In this document: positions 34,837 through 47,290 of the stretch, piece after piece
How positions within the stretch are numbered: position 1 is the stretch's first letter
Layout: each line of letters starts with the position of its first letter
Program-made: the position numbers and the translations under genes
Notes under the pieces: generated by a model
Told to the model about the DNA's origin: nothing
The model's database searches: none
What the model saw: only the letters and a program-made list of their open reading frames with translations
Source: Monocercomonoides exilis PA203
Lineage: Eukaryota > Protista > Preaxostyla
Assembly (NCBI GenBank): GCA_001643675.2
Contig: LSRY02000005.1
Location: 868,001-932,000, forward strand
Length of the DNA stretch: 64,000 nt
Direction: 5' to 3'

Positions 34837-37369
34837 ATGAAAAAATTTCAAAGGTTTTCTGAAAATTCATTTTCTGCTTTAGACGGAGAGGAAGAAAATG
34901 CAGAAAAAGAAAAATCAATGCTACGCAAATTAACAAAGCAAATGCAACAAACAAATAAAGAAATTAATCTTTTTTCCAGATCATTACAGTCAGGTCTTAT
35001 TTAAATTTTGATTTATCGATTCAATTATTTTGCTTATTACTGAAGAGAATCAGAAAAGGGAAAAATTCAAAAGAAATCGAGAAGTCAATGAAGTTGTTGA
35101 CAAATTAATTTCAACGAGCAGCAAACCTAAAATTCATGATGAAAGAGTAAAAGACGTTGTTTCTAAGGCGCTTGCAGAAATTGAAATTGCAAACAAAAAT
35201 GAGGAAGGCGAAACTTCTGATTATGTGACGAACACTTCCTCATCAAACAGTCAATATAAGCATTCTAAGTCGAATGATGCTGACAGCCAATCTGATTTGC
35301 AAGCAAAATTATTATTCAATTCTGAACCACTGTCGTCAGCTCCAAAATTTAAACATGACAATCCGGCAGTTCCTCGATCAGAAGTTTACACCAAAATAAA
35401 AAACCCTTCGAAAAACAATAAAAACTTCAATGATTCTTCTTTTAAATTTGATGACAAAATAAACAGTGATCTTTCTCGGATGCAAAAAGAGAAATCCAGA
35501 CAATTGCTAAAGAAAAAATCGAAGACTTCAAATCCAACTCGATCGCACTCATTTATTCGTATCCCTTTACAAACAGAAATACGCAGACACAATTTGATAA
35601 AAAGATTTAAAAGAAAAGTTAATAAACTTAACAAGCAATTGAACAGTTTTTACGGACAAAAGAAAATATCAATTGACATTGGATGTCAAACTGATATTCA
35701 AATAGAAAAGAATCAAAGTTCAATCTCAAATGCAACAACTGAGCCGAAAAATGAAATAGAGCAACAAATAGATGAGCAGAAACTTATAACAACAGAAGGC
35801 ATTGCCGATGATGAAGATTTTTCTATTTTATCGCCAATTATTGGAGATGAAGTTCGTTATAGCGATTCGTCAGCAAAAGATAACTTATTGTCTCAAGAGA
35901 ACCCAGATTTTCATTCAACATTTGTGAAGCCTTCAACGACATCCAGACAGAATTCGTATCCCATACAAAAAGAGACCGAATACTTATCTGAAACGTGTTT
36001 GGATTCATCATCATTCACACTTTCTCAATTTTCATCAACCAGTACAAAAAATCAAACGCTTCTCGATCAAAATATATCGCCTTCAGCGTTAAATGAATCA
36101 CATTTACAATCACAACAACCATTTGATAGATTATCAACGCATTCACCTTCAACTCATTCTTCTTTGAATTCAAATCTTTCAAACATTACTTCATCTTCAG
36201 ACTCATCGGCTGCTTCAGATCTTTCAGAAAATGCAAGTAAAATCCCATCACAAACTGATTTTTTCCAACAACAACAAATGTTGCCGAAGCACATGGCTCC
36301 AATACACGTCAGTTCGGATGTTATTGCCACTCCGCTTCAACTTCCTCGACCGACAAATAACAAAGCTTCTTCACCTTCCTCTCAACTCTCTCCATCATCG
36401 TCATCATTTTCTGTTTCACAAAAAGAACTAAAAGCACAACTGCCATCTCCTTCTTTCTTTAATATTCATCTTACTCCTCTACCTCCACCGCCACCACCTC
36501 CTCCTTTTAATCTTTCCTATTTTACTTCCACATCTCTTCCTGATAAGAAATATACAGATTATTTTCCATTTCAGCAAAAGATTTCAATTGAAAGCTCACC
36601 ATCTTCAATGAAGATTGCTTCTGATTCTTCTCATGATAATATCGAACCTTTGCCAACTACAAAATTAAATACACAAAATTTCAACACACGTAAAATTTAT
36701 ACAGATACCTCTTTTTCTGCTTCAACTTATTCGCCAAGTCATTCTGTAGAAAATACTCCAAATAATTTGAGCAATGAAAACACACTCAACAAAACCAAAC
36801 ATTCAGCTCCAGTCAATCATCTTCTTTATCCTTTGGATACACCCCCATCGGAAATGATCAAACGTGATCTATCGAAAAAAGCTCATCATCAAAACACTTC
36901 TTCCTTAATTCGCTCATCTTTTCAAACACTTCACAAAGAAAGAACAAACACCGGAACTCCGATGGTTGACTCATCTCTTCCTGAACAGAAACAAAGAAGA
37001 ACTCGAGAAAGCATCTCAGAGCAAGAGGAACAGAAAAGTTTTGTTGACATCAATGAAAGCGATGACATTGCATCAGTTGAAAGAGAAATCGATAAGGGCT
37101 TTGCTGATTACGAAAATGAAGATGAATTATTTTTTGAATCAAAAGAAAAAAGGAAATACAGAAAATCAAATCCCCAATCGATGCAAAAAGAAGCTGATAT
37201 TTTCAATGAGAAAGGAAAAGATTTTTCGAGTTATGAAGTCAAAGAAAGAATTACCGATTCAAATAGGAAGAAAAAGCAAGCAGAAGCCGAAAAGTTGCTG
37301 TGGCAAAAATGGAAAGAAAAAGAAGATGCATATTGGGATTCACAGTTTGCAGGCGGATCGTTTTTATGA
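34837..37369 (+). CDS. Hypothetical Ser/Pro-rich disordered protein, 2 exons
   Basis: ATG at 34837; a phase-1 intron 34994-35045 joins to the 779-aa ORF; no domain recognised. Confidence 0.75.
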
Positions 37370-37552
37370 TTATACTTTTGATAGAGCGAATCTATTATGA
37401 GCAATTTTTTTGAAATTTCATTTCAAATTGAAAAATTTCATCTTGTAATATTTTGTAAAATAATACTTTTAATTTTTATTTTTATTCATTTGAATAAATG
37501 TTAAGTTCAAGTTTATTTTGCATTTGAGAGTGAAAATATGCAGACAAGATTT

Positions 37553-37990
37553 TTAAGTGAAAAACGTGATTAAAAATTTGGATGAGCTATTTCGAAACAT
37601 CAATTGTGATTTTACGTATTGATCTTTCAATTTATGAAATCCATATTGATAAACTTTGTTTGAAAGTCGTTCGAAAACAAGAATAAATCTATTTTTCATT
37701 TCGATCATTTCATCTATCAATTTATCGGTTGCAGTGAGTTTGCGTTTGAAATGACGATGAATTAGACAAAAACTCCATTTTTCCATTTCAAACAATTTGT
37801 TAGACTGGCTGTTTCCATGATAATTTTGTTTCAAAGCAAGAATGTCAAAATTGAAGAATGAGCAAATTCCATATTTTAGTTGGAATTCAGTCGAGTAATT
37901 GAATAATTGTATTTGCACTTGTTCAATTGAACTGAGTGTAACAGAAAAAAGTGTATGTGAAAAAATCACGAAAAAGTCAATCCATATCAT
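37553..37990 (-). CDS. Possible small hypothetical protein
   Basis: 145-codon ORF in AT-rich DNA with no motif; may be spurious or an orphan exon. Confidence 0.25.
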   Translation of the reverse strand: MIWIDFFVIFSHTLFSVTLSSIEQVQIQLFNYSTEFQLKYGICSFFNFDILALKQNYHGNSQSNKLFEMEKWSFCLIHRHFKRKLTATDKLIDEMIEMKNRFILVFERLSNKVYQYGFHKLKDQYVKSQLMFRNSSSKFLITFFT

Positions 37991-38137
37991 CGATGCTCCT
38001 AATGAGCAGATTAACAGACCAACCTAATTTATCAAAACACTTTGAAAAAATAAAAAAGATGAATTCACAAAAACTAATTAAAACAAAAAACAATTATATA
38101 AAGTGATGTGTTTAATAAAATTTCCTTTCTGTACTCA

Positions 38138-39480
38138 TTAAACAGCATTTTCATTTCTCAGATATTCCTCAAATGCGTCAGTAGAAAGAAGATGTGCTGG
38201 TATTGTTGCAACTGCCGTATCTCCCATGTCAGACAAAATAGAAGTATCAGCCAAATCAGATCCAAACTGAATGATGTGAAACGAAATGAATCAAGAAAAA
38301 TCACATTTAAATCCACTAATTTAATTTATAACAAGATAGCATGCCTTTGGATGATATTTTCCAATCGGACGAGGTGAAAATAGCTGAATGAGAAGAAAGA
38401 CAACTGCTAAGATCAAACACACTCCACCAGTAGCAGTGTATACAACAGCTGTATTAAAAATTATTTATATATATAAAAATAAAACATTTCCAAGAAAATT
38501 ATAAAAATAATAGCACAGCAAACGTGTATATGGTGAGCGCCCTCCAAATCCTGAAACTGTTAAAATATTAAATGCTTTTTTGCTGTAAGTTGGCATTGGA
38601 TAATCTATAAATGAGGTTTATTTGGAAAATTTTCTTGAAAAATTCCGAAATGAAAATAAAGCATACTTGAAGCAACTTGGACAGTATATTTTCCTTTTGG
38701 AAGGTCCTTTCTAATAACTCCGTACAATTTTCGAAAAGTTGGCAATGGAGCAATTTTTGACCAAACAATAAGTTCCTCAGAACAATTATTCATATCTTTT
38801 CGACTCTTCAACAATATAAATAAAATTGCATCAATAAAATAGATGTGAAATTAATGGATGCAAAACATACTCTATCAAAGCTTGTTGCTAAATTACTTCT
38901 ATCGATAGAAAGTTGATTGCCATTTGGATCTAAAATCACAAATGTATCATTAAACAATGACGGTGCAATCAAATTATTTTGAGCTATGAAAAACGTGAAA
39001 AAGTGCATAAATTCATATGCATATGTTAAAAAAAGTTTATCGTGAACAAAAAACATACTCTTTACGAATTTTGCATGATTCTGGTAAAAGTTTGAAAGAG
39101 TATAATGAACATAAATTGGCTGCTTTAAATCAGATGTCAGGTCAATATCAAAAACATTCTGGTTATCAGTTTGGGATTCATAATAATATTTCTCAATGTG
39201 AGTTACCTTTTAATTACAAATCGTCGAATTTAACATTTAAACTGCAAAAAAACAGGCATACAGTTCCATTAAGAACAAAAAATATGATTCCAACGATTAA
39301 AAAGAAGGCTCCCAGAACAAAAAACCAAGAAATGACTTTACATGGAGTCATGATTGGAAACCAACCAGGAATCCGTTGCTGCGTTAATGCATTGTCTGTA
39401 TAGATGAATTTAAAAAGTTTTTTGAAACATAATCAACAAATATAACCTGAAGGCTTGTTAGAAGCTGCCTCTTCACCCAT
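38138..39480 (-). CDS. CDC50: CDC50/LEM3 family P4-ATPase (flippase) beta subunit, multi-exon
   Basis: Spliced product NKPSDNALTQQRIPGWFPIMTP-TM1...QPIYVHYTLSNFYQNHAKFVK...SLFNDTF...EELIVWSKIAPLPTFRKLYG...SGFGGRS-TM2...PRPIG. Confidence 0.9.
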
Positions 39481-39735
39481 CTTTAAAATACTGATCAATA
39501 ACGTAATATGTATAAATTTTATATTAATTTTTATTTTTACTTTAAAATAAAGAAAATTTTAATTTATAAATATAACTTAACACATAATGATTTAACGCAT
39601 AAAAAATCTGTTGGATACATTACAAACTATTTTCACTCAAAAAATCAAACAAAAGGTTTTATAAACAGTTTATAATTATAGAAAGAAAATTAATAAGACA
39701 TTTAAAATATCAGAAAAAAAGTACAGCCATTTTAC

Positions 39736-42700
39736 TTATTTGTACAATTTCAGTCCCTTCTTTTTGATTTGCTCGGATCTTTGCTTGTCTAAAAAGTTCC
39801 ACAATGTGCCTGGGGTAATATCAACGAATATGATAGGAGAAGGATCGAGTGAGCGAGGAAGCCAAGGAACAGGAATAGAAACAGAGGCTGGGACGTTGTA
39901 TAGCAAAGAAGACGGATTTGAAAGAGGAGCAGATGATGAAGAAGCGCTCGATGCTTCATATGGCGTTGCAGAGTTCGCATAATAGGCATCAGAAGGAGAA
40001 GGCAGGTGTAAGGAAATAGAGGAATATAAAGGATTAGCAGAAGGATTGAAAGGCAGTTGCGAGAGAGAGCGAGCACACGATTTGACAGACGCAACGAGAG
40101 AGGCAGCAGCGCCTGTCAAATGTGAAAGACCAGCAGCCACATCAGAATCTTCATAGGATTTGCTTGACAGAGCAATGAGCGAAGACAGCGACTGTGCAGA
40201 ACGAGACGAGTTTAATGCTGTTTCCCTTGAAGAATGAAGATAGTCTGCAAACGACGAACTCTGGAAAAAGCGTTCTTCTGCCTCCACGTCCGCCGCCGTT
40301 CGTATCCGGAATGAGGAAAGGAGAGTGCTGATTGAGGCAGTCTGGGTGCTCCCAGCAACGCTGCTCCCACCGCTTCCTCCTCCACCTCCACTGCCTCCTC
40401 CGCCTTTCACAAAGCCATCACCACTTCGAGTGACTGGGCCAACGAGCAGTTGCACTGGCTTCAGTTCCAACAGACGGTGCCTTGGCTCAGGCGAAGGCTT
40501 GGCTTGGACTGTTCTTCGCACTCTTTTGCGCTTCCCAGCAGATGTTGTTGCTTCAGCTGAAGTGCTTTCTATTGAATGCTCTTCTTTTATTGAGTCGATA
40601 TTTTGATTGTTTTCATTGGCATTTCTCTTTCTTTGCTTCTTTTCTTTGGTTTTTTCAGTTCTTTTTGAAGAATTTTCTTCGCCTTCTTTCGATTTGGGCT
40701 TTGCAAACAGCTGAGGAATCTTCATCCCATACAACTCATGAAACACTTTTCTTCTTTCCTTCAGCTGTTTTCTGTACAGTTTGTCTCGTTTTCTGGCGTC
40801 CTTCCACGATTCAGCGAATGTCATCTCCTCTTTACCAACAGGAGCCCTTTCAATCATCGACTGCATTATGTGATCCATTCCAGTGACTATTCCATTCAAA
40901 GCAGAAGAATCTCCAAGCAGCAATGGATGTGATGATGCAGAAGAGACAGATGAGGGGGCAGATGAAGCAGATGAAGAAGCAGGCAATGAAGAAGAGGAAG
41001 AGGAAGAGGAAGTTGTAAAAGAAGTCGAAGAAGTCGAAGAAGAAGAAGATGATTCAACTTTTGTAGAAGAATCTGATGATGAAGAAGTTGCAGAAGTATC
41101 AGTGCTAGAAGCAGAGGAGGAAGAAGAACTGGATGACGTTGAAGATGGATTGTTTGTTGATTCTGTCGTTTCTTTTGTTGTTTCAGAATCACTTGATTTA
41201 GCAAGAGGTTCAGGCTGCTCTTTTTCAGGCTGTTCTTTTTGCTGTGCATTATTTGTATTGTCTGTTGTAGATACATCAGTGTTTGTCTCTGCATTTGCAA
41301 CATCTGAGTTATCTTTCTTATCTTCCTCACTCTTCTTCGTTTCAGAATTAGTCGATGCGTCTTCTTCTGTCTTTGATTCATTTATATTCTGAGTTGATTT
41401 GCTTGCAGAGGATGATGTTTCCTTTGCAGCAGCTGGCTGTGCAGATGTTTGATTCAACTGTGTATTTGTATTCTTTTGGCTGTCAGCTGAAACAAACGAA
41501 GGGAAAGGTTGCGAATTTGATGGGTTGATCTTTGAAAGCACCGAATTTGGAGACATTGCTACATTGGTTGCTGTTGTAACGCTTTTGTTCTTCAGCTCCT
41601 GGTGCTGCAGAATTGTGTACTCGACATACTCCAACATATTCTGCGCCTGCACCGCCTGGTTCTTCGCCTGCGCCTCTTCAATTAGCCTTGCTGCCTGAGA
41701 CAGCACCGTCCCGGACTTCACTTCTTCCATCTGCTGCTTTGCGAAGTTCCGCACTGTCCTCTTCAGCTGCGTCGCAGGCATTGGCGATGTCAGCACGTGG
41801 CGTAAAGAGGGTGGCAGGTAGAGCGGGCCACGCCAGTCAAACGGGCTGAGGTGGAACCCCATTTTGGAGTTGTCTGGCACACACATCGTCTCCATTGAGC
41901 GGAGGGATATCCAAACGTCCTTGCGGCGCTGCTCGTTTCCGTAGATGTGCGAGGAGAGGACAGGAGAGAAGAGGCAGGTGAAGTCAGGAGAAAGTGGAGA
42001 CGGGGTAGAAGGAGAACACACTTTGGCTATCAGCTCAGGAGAGGGCAGTTGAGGAACGATGATATCGCGAAGCTTTCTGAACACATTCAGATTGAACGAC
42101 ACCACACGGAAGAGATTCTCTTGGAGGTTGTGCAAAAGCCTGTCGAGCGGTGAGGCAATGGACAAGGAACGTGGAAGTTTGTCGATGAAGTCTGAATTGG
42201 CTGGAGTTAATGAAGGAGACGGTGTTGGCGTTGTTTGTGTGGTTGGTCGAGGGACCTCATCGGTCTGGTCTGAGGCTGGAGCATCTGAACTTTCAACAGT
42301 TGCATCCATCGAAGATGAGGTTTCTTGTTTGTTGTTTTCTTCAGTTTTTGTTTCATTGTCTTTAGACTCTTCTTTGGTATTTGACAACTCTTCTTCAACA
42401 TCCATTTTGTTCTCTTCATTCGTCTTCTGTTCTTCAAGAGCAGCAGATGACTTATCTTCAATTGTTTCAGTGAATGACTTTTTGTCATTATCTTCTGTGT
42501 TCAGAAGTACTGACAAGTCAGATTCTTGCTTAACATCTTCAACTTTCATCATCGTATCATCAGTCTCCATCTTCACAGTTGGAGTAACACTCTTATCATT
42601 ATCATTATCATTTTCACCATCATTATCATCTTCATTAGAAGCAGTCTGCTCTTCATTTGCCTCCACACTTTCTGCTTGGCTGCTGCTGCTGCTGCTGTTG

Positions 42701-45700
42701 TTGTGTGTATCTCTTATCTGCTCCAGTTGATTGATCCAGCACAGAGTGTCAGACCGATTCCCAATCTTCGACGACTCGTAAGCCTTCTTCCCTTTCTTCT
42801 TCTTTTTTTCAGCATCTGGATCGTCCTTGTCATCCAGCCAGCGCAACGACGTCTTCTCAGACATCGACATATGTGGCCGTATGAACTCCCTCATCCAGCT
42901 GTTCATCAGCTCGTCCTTGTTCACATCCTCTGCGTTGATGTGCCGCTCAATAAGAGCCGACGACCAGCGCGCCAAGTGCAAGAAAAGAGGAATTTGGGCA
43001 AAGGAAAGAGAATGGAGCAAAGAGGACTCGCTGGATGAGAACAGCATGCTCCTCCGGTAGAACGGAGATGACAGCAACATCAGCGGATGATAGAAGCGAT
43101 GCGAGTCAGATAGTTTTTTCTCAGAATCTGGAAGAACATTTAATGAAGAAATAGGAAGATCATCAATAATTGGAAGGGGAATCACGTGCAAAAGACGTGT
43201 GATAAGAGTCAGAGGAGGAACGGAATGAACAACAAGTGGAGGACTCCCTTCTTGCTCATCTTCGAGAATGTATTGCTGCTGCTGTGCTGTTTCGTTGGAT
43301 GTAACAGTGAATGAATATGAAGGCTGCTGATCTGATATTTCCAATGATGATTGCAATAAATCAGTAGATTGTGAAGTTGCCTGTGCTTCCGCAATATTTG
43401 GCTCATCGCTAATCATCTTATTGCTTTCGATGAAAGACGAATTTATGTCTTGCTTCACATAAATTTCCGAATTTGTGATTTCCAATCCATAAACAGTAGT
43501 CTTGCAAATGTATTCTTTTTCAACGCTTATCCACGCCTGATAAAAGTTGACTGGGTCAATCAGACTGAACTTGAATCTTTCAGAGAACCGAATCTTCGGG
43601 GCAGAGCAGTGCGACAGCCGTTGTATTTCCTTGTACGCAGCTAATTCTGCAGACAGCTTTTTCTTCTTCATTTTCAGCGTCTCCATGTCTGAAGCATATG
43701 AATCCTCATTTTCATCCTTTGCTGACTGATTCTCTGCCAATGATGATGCATTCGCTTTGCTCGCTCTGCCTCTTCGTTTTTTCACTTTTGCTATTTGTGC
43801 TTTGTCTTCTTCTGATCCTTCTGAATTGAGAAGCAATTCTGTATCATTTATAACTCCACCATCGATTTTTGAATCTGCATTCTTTTTGCCGTTTGATGTG
43901 CCCATCCAGGAATCCTGCTCAGCTTGCTCTGCCTCGGTGCTTCTGCATTCATTCCCGAACATTCTGTCCATCCCCAACATGTCTGCAAGCAAGTGCGGGT
44001 TAGACGCTCTTTCCAATTCTACTTCATATGACTCGATTTGTGTGATCAGCGCTTCAATTGGCGATATTTGGTGGCTGTGCTTAGCAACCTTCTCGTCTCC
44101 GCCAACCAGCTTCACTTTGAGAAGAGCTTTGTGATGTCCAAAGCGAGGCAGTGAAGGGAAAAGAATCGAATACGATTTTTTGAGTTTATAATCAGACTTC
44201 TTATGCTTCGGTGGTTTTTCGTTTTCGTGTTGTGCTTGAGAAGTTGAGGGATGCAAAGACAATTCTTCCAATTCGTTTGACATTTTGCTCTCATCTCCAT
44301 CAGAGCTTGTCTTTGGAGAAGATGATGAATCTTGTTGCTTTATATCTGACTTTGTATCCACTGCGGTTGTTGTGCTATTTTCCGTTGATATTTCTGTTGT
44401 GGAATCTGATTTGTTATCAATATCCATCTTTCCTTCCTTGTTGTTGCCTGCATCTTTGGCTAGTTCATCATTAGTCGTTTCTCTGATTTCCGCTTCATTA
44501 TTCCCTTGTGTCTGCTCGTTCTGTTTATTTGTCTCATCATCTCCTTCACCTTTGCCTTCGCCTTCAACACATTTCTTGTTCTCCTTCGCCTCCTCATTCT
44601 CACATTCGCTGCTGTCTTCACTACACTCACTCTCTTCCATCGCACTTAGCTCCTTCTCTCTTCGTGTCTGAATCATTGCCCTGTCCTCTATCTCACTCAC
44701 CAGATCAGAAAAGTACTCTGCCACAAAGTCCCAGCGGTGGTAGCTGGAGTCGTCGTAGTCGCCAGACCCGAAAAAGAGATAGGCAGCGCCACGTGGATAG
44801 ATGATAGAGCGGTTCATCTCTCCTGCATGCAGTCCCAACGTGCTCTCCTCCAGCTGCAGCACCCGCCGGTCCATTTCGTCGTTTGCATAGTCAAGGGCAG
44901 ACTCGGTTATGCGTGTTGCTTGGTATCCTTTGGTAGATGAAGATGAGCTCTGATTCTTTGAGGCAGAAGGAATTGATTTGGTGGGAGAAGCAGCGATTGA
45001 ATATGATGATGAGGACGAGGAAGATGATACTTTTGTTGATGATGATGAAGGTGAAGTAGAAAGCGAAGGAGATGACTTAGTTCCTGTTCCGTGTGCAGAC
45101 TCACCTGATACAGTCTCATTATTTGATGTTCTCTTCTCAAACGGTGACGGTGCTGGCTTCTTGTAGCTGATAGTGGCAGTTGGCAGGCTCCCATGTGGAT
45201 GGCTTGACTGTGATGATGACGATGACGATGATCTTGTTGAACGCAGACTGCGTTGGAATTCCTGCACATTGAATGAGCCTAATGTTGAGTGATGCCTTGA
45301 GCGGCCCAGATGCGAATCGTCCAGCATATTCATTCCTTTCTCCTTCTCAGCCTGTTTCTCCCTCTCTTCTCTCTCTCTGCGCAGCCGCTCTCTTTCCATT
45401 AGCTCTGCACGAGAAGGCACAAGCGCACTAGCAGCTGGTGCAGACGCCAAAGTGAGGGCGCGCAGATGGCTCGGCCTCCCCACCGAATGCAAGCTACGCC
45501 CTTTCTTCTTCTTCTGCTGCTTCTTCGAATAAGCCACTGGACCCAGCTGTGCAAGCTTCTTGCTCATGCTGTACTTGCCCCTTGCAGTGTATGATGGAAA
45601 GACAGAAGCATCGCCCACATGAGACGATGGCGAATGAGAAGAAGAATACGATGTGCTCTGTGATGCTGGCACAAATGCTGGAGGTGTTCTGTTGAGCGAA

Positions 45701-47259
45701 GAAAGAGGAGGGGTCGTGTCGCTTGTTTTGGTGAATGCATTGCTGGTGGAAGAGAACGAAAGGGAAGAGGACATCGAAGGGGAAGACGAGAGCAAAGTGG
45801 AGTAAGGATACGGGCTGGCTGCTGGAAACATCATGGGAGAAGTGGGAGTGCCTTGCGATTGTTGTGATGAAGAAGAGGAAGACAGCTTGGAATGCACAAA
45901 AGAGAGGGGGATGTTGCTTGAGCTGTGGGGGTTGTTGAACTCGAAGGCGGAGCGGTTCATCGAAGGGAACGGGGCAAAGGAAGGCTTGTTCATTGGCCCC
46001 ATCGAGAAGAACATTGAAGAGAAGCTGGGGCGTCCTGAAGAAGGCTTTTTAACTATAAGAGCAGGGTTGCTACTGCTGCCGTTGCGAGAAGAAGAGGAAG
46101 AGGAAGGAGGAGGAGTGAGTGTGGAGAAAGTGGAGAGAGACGAGAGAGAAGAAGGAGAAGGGAAGGCGGAGGCTGAGGGAAGCATTGGAGGCGCGGTGGA
46201 TGTGGGGTCGATGTTTGGAAGTTGATTGGGCGATGAAACAGACATTGACAAGGGAGAAAGAGGGCTACTGCTGCTATTTGATGTCTGCTTTGAAGAGTCA
46301 GAAGAAGAAGAAGAAGAAGAAGAGGAAGGAGAGGAAGAGGAAGAGGAAGGAGATGATGATGAGAAAGAGGAGGAGGAAAAGGGAGTGTTTGGTGGAAGAA
46401 GAAACGATGGTGTGAATGAAGAAATAGGAGGAGGAGGAGGAGGAGGAGGTGAAGAAGAAGAGAATGTTACAGGAGGAGATGCGATTGAAGGGACATTCTG
46501 TGAAAGAGAGGAGAATGTGACTGTTCCTGATGACGAAGAAGAAGCAGAGGAAGAAGAAGAAGAAACAGGAGAAAGCGAGAAAAGAGATGTAGAGATTGAT
46601 GTGGATGGTGGAGAATTAGGAAAGCCAGAAAGAGATGAAGAAGCAGTCGAAGAAGATGAGGAACTGTTAATGTCTTTATTTTTCTCCTTCGCACCATTAA
46701 TGCCATGCTTGCTTTTCCTCATCTTCTTCGAGAATTCGTCTTCTCCCAATCTCAACGAGGCATCAGCTGGGTTTGGCGGGAAGACAGAGGCAGTTATAGA
46801 GGCATTGGGCTTTGAAGCAGCAGGACTTCTGTTGGAGTCATTTGTCATCTGTTCTAAGAATTGCAAGGGATTCTCGTTGAATGAAGGCAGTGGGTTGCTT
46901 CCAGGTGAATTCTTGCCAGATGAGAAATAAGCAGAAGAAAGAGGAGGTTTTGTGGAGAGTGGGGTCGAATTGAGAGGGGAAAGTGTGTCTGAAAGGGGTG
47001 TGGTGTATGGAGAAGGAGAGGTGGAAGAGGAAAAGGGAGATGAAAGAGGAGAGGAAGGAGAGGAAGGGGAAGAGGGAGACGAGGAGGAAGAAGAGGAAGA
47101 AGGTGATGATAGGCCACTAGAAGGTGCTTTTGACATGTTGCTGAGAGAAGGAAATGCAACCATGAATGTGGGAGAGGAAGATGGAGGGGCGAAGTGAATA
47201 GGAGCAGAATAACTCAAAGAAGAAGAAGAGGAGGAGGAAGAAGATGAAGATGATGATGT

Positions 47260-47290
<31 letters not shown>

